From Alphaproteobacteria bacterium (GTDB lineage Bacteria; Pseudomonadota; Alphaproteobacteria; UBA828): 64,000 bases of DNA. Positions within the stretch are counted from its first letter, which is position 1. The number at the start of each line of letters is the position of its first letter. Under the pieces are notes generated by a model. That model saw nothing but the letters and a program-made list of their open reading frames with translations, ran no database searches and was not told the DNA's origin. Made by a program: the position numbers and the translations under genes. Where the stretch lies: positions 64,001 through 128,000 of the forward strand of contig CAXXVO010000005.1 in NCBI GenBank assembly GCA_963422645.2, read 5' to 3'. This document shows positions 60,328-64,000 of the stretch, piece by piece.

Positions 60328-61470
60328 CTAGTCCGCCGCCCGCCGGGACCCGAGGGAGGGCTGAACCGGCGCGCGGCCGCGATAGGGGACAAGGCCGACG
60401 ATCATCTCGAACAGGCCGGCAATCCCCTTCGGCAGGAAGCGCACGACGACGATGAAAATCGTGCCGAGGATCACGAACCAGGCAGCCTGGAACGCGTCGC
60501 CCACGTAGCTCTGGATCGTGTTGATGAAGATGGCGCCGAAGATCGCGCCGAAGAGCGAGAGCCTGCCGCCGACGGCGGCCCAGATCACCATGGTGATGCT
60601 GAAGAAGATCTCGAGCGCGGTCGGCGAGACGTACTGGACGATCATCACCCAGACGATTCCCGCGATCGCGGCGATGAGGCCGGAGATCGTGAACACCGTC
60701 ACCTGATAGAAGGCGACGTTGTAGCCGAGGAAGCGCGCTCGTTCGGGGTCGTCTCGTATCGCCTGAATTATGGTGCCGAACTTGCTCGCGAGCAGCGCCT
60801 TGGTCCCGAGCGTGAGCGCGGCCAGAACACCGAGCGCCACCCAGTAGATCATGCTGCTGTAGGGGTCGACCTCGACACCGAACGCGTGGAACGCACTGGG
60901 CGGGGAAATGCCGTTGAAGCCCGCCGTGAAGGGCTGCATGTCGTAGGCCATGTTGTACCAGGCGCCGAGCATGGCGAGCGTCATGATGGCGACGAAGGCG
61001 CCCGCAAGACGCGCCTGGAACATCAGGATGCCGAAGATGACGAAGAAGAGGGTCGGGATTCCAAGCGCCAGGATCAGCCCGACCTCGGCATGCCAGAAGG
61101 GCTCCCACACCGTCGGCAGCTTCTCGAGCTCGTTGGTCAGCATGAAGCTCGGGATCGGGTCGTACTCCGGGTCCTGGTACTGCATCTGCATGGTGGCGCC
61201 CATGCCGTAGGCCGCCATGCCGAAGGCGATCCCCTGGCCCAGACTGAGGATGCCGCCAAAGCCCCACACCAGGCTCACCGAGAGCGCCAGCATGCCGAAG
61301 ACGCCGTAGCGCGCGAACTGGTTGAGCGCGAAGGGGTCGTCGCCCATGAAGATGGGAATTGTGGCGAGCCCGCCGAAGGCAACGACGTACACCGCCCACT
61401 GCGCGCGCTTGTCGTGATAGAGGTTGTGCCGCTGCTCCGTCGGCGCCAGTTTCAACCTGTCCAACAGCAT
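60328..61470 (-). CDS. Urea/amide ABC permease (UrtC-like)
   Basis: WGFGGILSLGQ, AIRDD..R..FLGY, AVGGR. Confidence 0.88.
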   Translation of the reverse strand: MLLDRLKLAPTEQRHNLYHDKRAQWAVYVVAFGGLATIPIFMGDDPFALNQFARYGVFGMLALSVSLVWGFGGILSLGQGIAFGMAAYGMGATMQMQYQDPEYDPIPSFMLTNELEKLPTVWEPFWHAEVGLILALGIPTLFFVIFGILMFQARLAGAFVAIMTLAMLGAWYNMAYDMQPFTAGFNGISPPSAFHAFGVEVDPYSSMIYWVALGVLAALTLGTKALLASKFGTIIQAIRDDPERARFLGYNVAFYQVTVFTISGLIAAIAGIVWVMIVQYVSPTALEIFFSITMVIWAAVGGRLSLFGAIFGAIFINTIQSYVGDAFQAAWFVILGTIFIVVVRFLPKGIAGLFEMIVGLVPYRGRAPVQPSLGSRRAAD

Positions 61471-61484
61471 GACGCTCGCCTGCC

Positions 61485-62387
61485 CTAGCGCCGCGCCATG
61501 CTGGGCGCGAAGATCCCCTGCGGACGGAAGCGCAGGAAGATCACGATCAGGATGAAGAGCACGAAGCGGGCGAAGGTGTCGTTGGTGAAGTAGGAGAAGA
61601 TCGAGAACATCTCGCCCATGATGCCGGCGGTCGCCAGGCTGCCGAAGAGCTCGCCGCCGCCCGTCACCACCACCAGGAAGGCCTCGACCACGTAGCCCAG
61701 CCCCATGTCCGGGAAGATCGTCTTGAGGCCCGCGAACATCGAGCCAGAGATTCCGGCAAGGCCCGCCCCATAGGCGAAGGTGAGGCCGTACACCCGGCTC
61801 GAATTGATGCCGAAGGACGCCGCCATTTGCGGGTTCTGCATGACCGCGCGGACCTGGATTCCAATATTGGTCTTGAACAGGATCGCCCAGGTCATGGCGA
61901 CCAGCACCAGCGCTCCGAAGAAGATGAAGATCCTGATCCACGGCACATGCACGAAGTCGATCGTCATCACGCTCGTCAGCCAATCGGGCACGGCGACGTA
62001 CTGCGGCTCGCCGCCGAAGATCAGCCGGATGCTCTGGACGAAGACCAAGGAAACGCCCCATGTCGCGAGGAGCGTGTCCAATGGTCGATCGTACAAATGT
62101 CGTATGAGTCCGCGCTCGACCAGCCAGCCGATGAAGCCGACGATAACGAACGAAATTGGCAGGCACAGAAGCCAGGGGACCCCGCCCAAAAACTGGAGCA
62201 TCCAGGTGAAGTACGCGCCCAGCATGATGAACTCGCCATGGGCCATGTTGATGACGCCCATGGTGCCGTAAATGATGGTGAGCCCGAGAGCCGCGACCAG
62301 CCAGATGCTGGCGAGGCTGAGCCCGATAATCAGCGCATTAATGAACGGTTCTGCGGCGAAGGGTGTCCAGAAATCGTGGACGCTCAT
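61485..62387 (-). CDS. Urea/amide ABC permease (UrtB-like)
   Basis: GVINMAHGEF, RPLDTLLATWG, RAVMQN. Confidence 0.9.
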   Translation of the reverse strand: MSVHDFWTPFAAEPFINALIIGLSLASIWLVAALGLTIIYGTMGVINMAHGEFIMLGAYFTWMLQFLGGVPWLLCLPISFVIVGFIGWLVERGLIRHLYDRPLDTLLATWGVSLVFVQSIRLIFGGEPQYVAVPDWLTSVMTIDFVHVPWIRIFIFFGALVLVAMTWAILFKTNIGIQVRAVMQNPQMAASFGINSSRVYGLTFAYGAGLAGISGSMFAGLKTIFPDMGLGYVVEAFLVVVTGGGELFGSLATAGIMGEMFSIFSYFTNDTFARFVLFILIVIFLRFRPQGIFAPSMARR

Positions 62388-62488
62388 GAATTGAGTCTCG
62401 CCTCTCTCCCTGTTGAGGCCCTGCCGGCGGTGCCCCGCGAGCACGAGCCCGGGAGGTCAGCCGACCGCCGCCCCCCACCGGGGAACGG

Positions 62489-62517
62489 CGGGGCGGAGGA
62501 ACTCTTCCCCCGCCCCG
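62489..62517. other. Intergenic stem-loop after the substrate-binding protein gene
   Basis: CGGGGCGG...CCGCCCCG hairpin between the urtA-like and urtB-like genes; typical mRNA stabiliser or attenuator position. Confidence 0.45.
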
Positions 62518-62541
62518 ACACTATCAGATCGATCAGGTCTC

Positions 62542-63885
62542 TTACAGAACGTCCTTCTGGACCGAGCCGTCCGGACGGTGCAGGCCGTCGGCCTTGCAGA
62601 CGCCGCGCTCGGGATAGATCGCGTAGGGATCCGGCCCGACGTGCTCGTCGGCCTGGCGCACGATGGTGAACTGACCGTCCGCACCGCACTGGCCGATCTT
62701 GGGCTTGAGCCAGATGTTGAAGTTGTCCGGATCGATCCAGACCTTGCCCTCCGGGCTTTCCTCCGCGGTCAGCCCCACCGGGCCCTGGTCGCGCCAGTTG
62801 CCGCTCACGTCGCGGATCATGCGCGGCGTGATGGCTTCCCAGTCGCCGCCGGTCTCTTCGAGGGCCCGCTCGACACCCCTCTTCCACACGTAGATCCCGA
62901 GATAGGTCTCTTCCATGTTGTAGTGGGTGACGCCGCCGCCGCCGTACTGGCTTCCGAGATAACCCTCAACGAACTTCTCGTTGGTCGGGTTCTGCAGGGT
63001 CTGGAAGTAAGGCGCAGACAGGAAGTGACCGGCGCCGGCTTCGTTGCCCATGGCGCGGGTCTCGATCTCACCGGTGGTAAGCGATGCGATCGGCGTCTTG
63101 TCGGACTTGAAGCCTTCCTGCAGGAACTGCCGGTGCAGCGCGATGTCGGAGTCACCGACCACCGTCGACATGATCCAGTCGGGCTGCTGCTGGCGGATCT
63201 TGTTGAAGACCGGCGCGAACTCGGAGCCGCCGAGGGGGATGTAGTCCTCGCCCAGCACCTCGCCGCCGGCCCGCTCCAGCCAGACCTTGACGTTCTTGTT
63301 GGACTCTTTCGGCCAGATGTAGTTGGAGCCGACCAGATAGGTCTTGGGGCCGAAGTTCTCCACCATGAAGGGCACCAGGTCATAGGAGTGCTGGTTCGCC
63401 AGCGGCCCGGTGTTGATGATGTTCTGCATGCACTCCCGGCCCTCGTAGCAGGTCGGGTAGTAGTAGAGGTGGTCCCACTTCATCACGATCGGCATGACCG
63501 CACGCCGGCTCGCCGAGGTGTAGCTGCCATGCACCGACACCACGCGGTCCCGGAGGATCAGCTGCGTGATCTTCTCGGAATAGACCTTGATGTCGGACTT
63601 GGCGTCGACCACCACCGGCTCGACCATCTTGCCGGCGATGCCGCCCGCCGCATTGATCTCGTCGATCGCGTAGAGCGAGACCTGGGTCGAATCGTTCTCG
63701 ACGACCGAAAGGTTGCCTGTCTGCGACCAGAGCAGGCCGACCTTGATGTCTTCGTCGTTGTAGATCCAGGGCTTCGCGCCCCAGGCCTGCCCGAAATCCT
63801 TGACGTAGATGTGGGGGAAGGTGGCCGCGATGCCGGCCGTCCCCGCCAACGCTCCCTTAAGAATGGTCCGTCTGTTGACACGCAT
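62542..63885 (-). CDS. Urea/amide ABC substrate-binding protein (UrtA/AmiC-like), Tat signal
   Basis: NRRTIL, TSASRRAV, YPTCYEG, GSNYIWP, STVVGDS. Confidence 0.9.
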   Translation of the reverse strand: MRVNRRTILKGALAGTAGIAATFPHIYVKDFGQAWGAKPWIYNDEDIKVGLLWSQTGNLSVVENDSTQVSLYAIDEINAAGGIAGKMVEPVVVDAKSDIKVYSEKITQLILRDRVVSVHGSYTSASRRAVMPIVMKWDHLYYYPTCYEGRECMQNIINTGPLANQHSYDLVPFMVENFGPKTYLVGSNYIWPKESNKNVKVWLERAGGEVLGEDYIPLGGSEFAPVFNKIRQQQPDWIMSTVVGDSDIALHRQFLQEGFKSDKTPIASLTTGEIETRAMGNEAGAGHFLSAPYFQTLQNPTNEKFVEGYLGSQYGGGGVTHYNMEETYLGIYVWKRGVERALEETGGDWEAITPRMIRDVSGNWRDQGPVGLTAEESPEGKVWIDPDNFNIWLKPKIGQCGADGQFTIVRQADEHVGPDPYAIYPERGVCKADGLHRPDGSVQKDVL

Positions 63886-64000
63886 GTTCGAGGTCTCCCT
63901 TGCATTTCGCCGATGTCACAACGCCCAGGGGGCAGATCACGCCCCCCGCCGCCGCTGCGACGACCGGATTCGTCCGCGCTCGCGGCAGTCTCCCTTGTCC

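Overview
A GC-rich chromosomal window, most likely from an alphaproteobacterium. The Suv3/MgpS-helicase–S4–fdxA–carD cluster, the SAM-II riboswitch before metZ and the RpoH-type htpG promoter point that way. A host-associated lifestyle such as a sponge symbiont is plausible but is only an inference. The window holds two tRNAs (Arg-CCT, Pro-GGG), core genes, and many amine/amide/betaine/purine catabolic genes and ABC transporter parts. Mobile DNA is dense: a frameshifted tyrosine integrase, two IS66 copies with 8-bp TSDs (one interrupted by an intact IS110 with a structured upstream non-coding region, a bridge-RNA candidate), a frameshifted DDE-type IS whose orphan left end lies about 29 kb upstream, a 92-bp TGT...ACA MITE and a multi-hairpin repeat. 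The best novelty candidate is a 1,567-bp transposase-less Tn7/Tn5053/Mu-like mini-transposon (TGTAG...CTACA ends, repeated end sites, CCGGC TSD). It carries a single divergent QueC-like PP-loop gene and has split an LVIVD-repeat gene. The second candidate is a UrtABCDE-like importer + dimethylformamidase-like operon that continues into a Rieske-fold protein with remodelled Cys-rich ligands, a small GIY-YIG-like protein and a Sel1-repeat protein. There is also a FadF/Hdr-like membrane Fe-S oxidoreductase fused to ETF-beta. Several frameshifts and one head-to-head fusion of truncated genes could be real decay or assembly error. No rRNA or CRISPR array was seen. All protein calls are from motif recognition by eye, not database searches.
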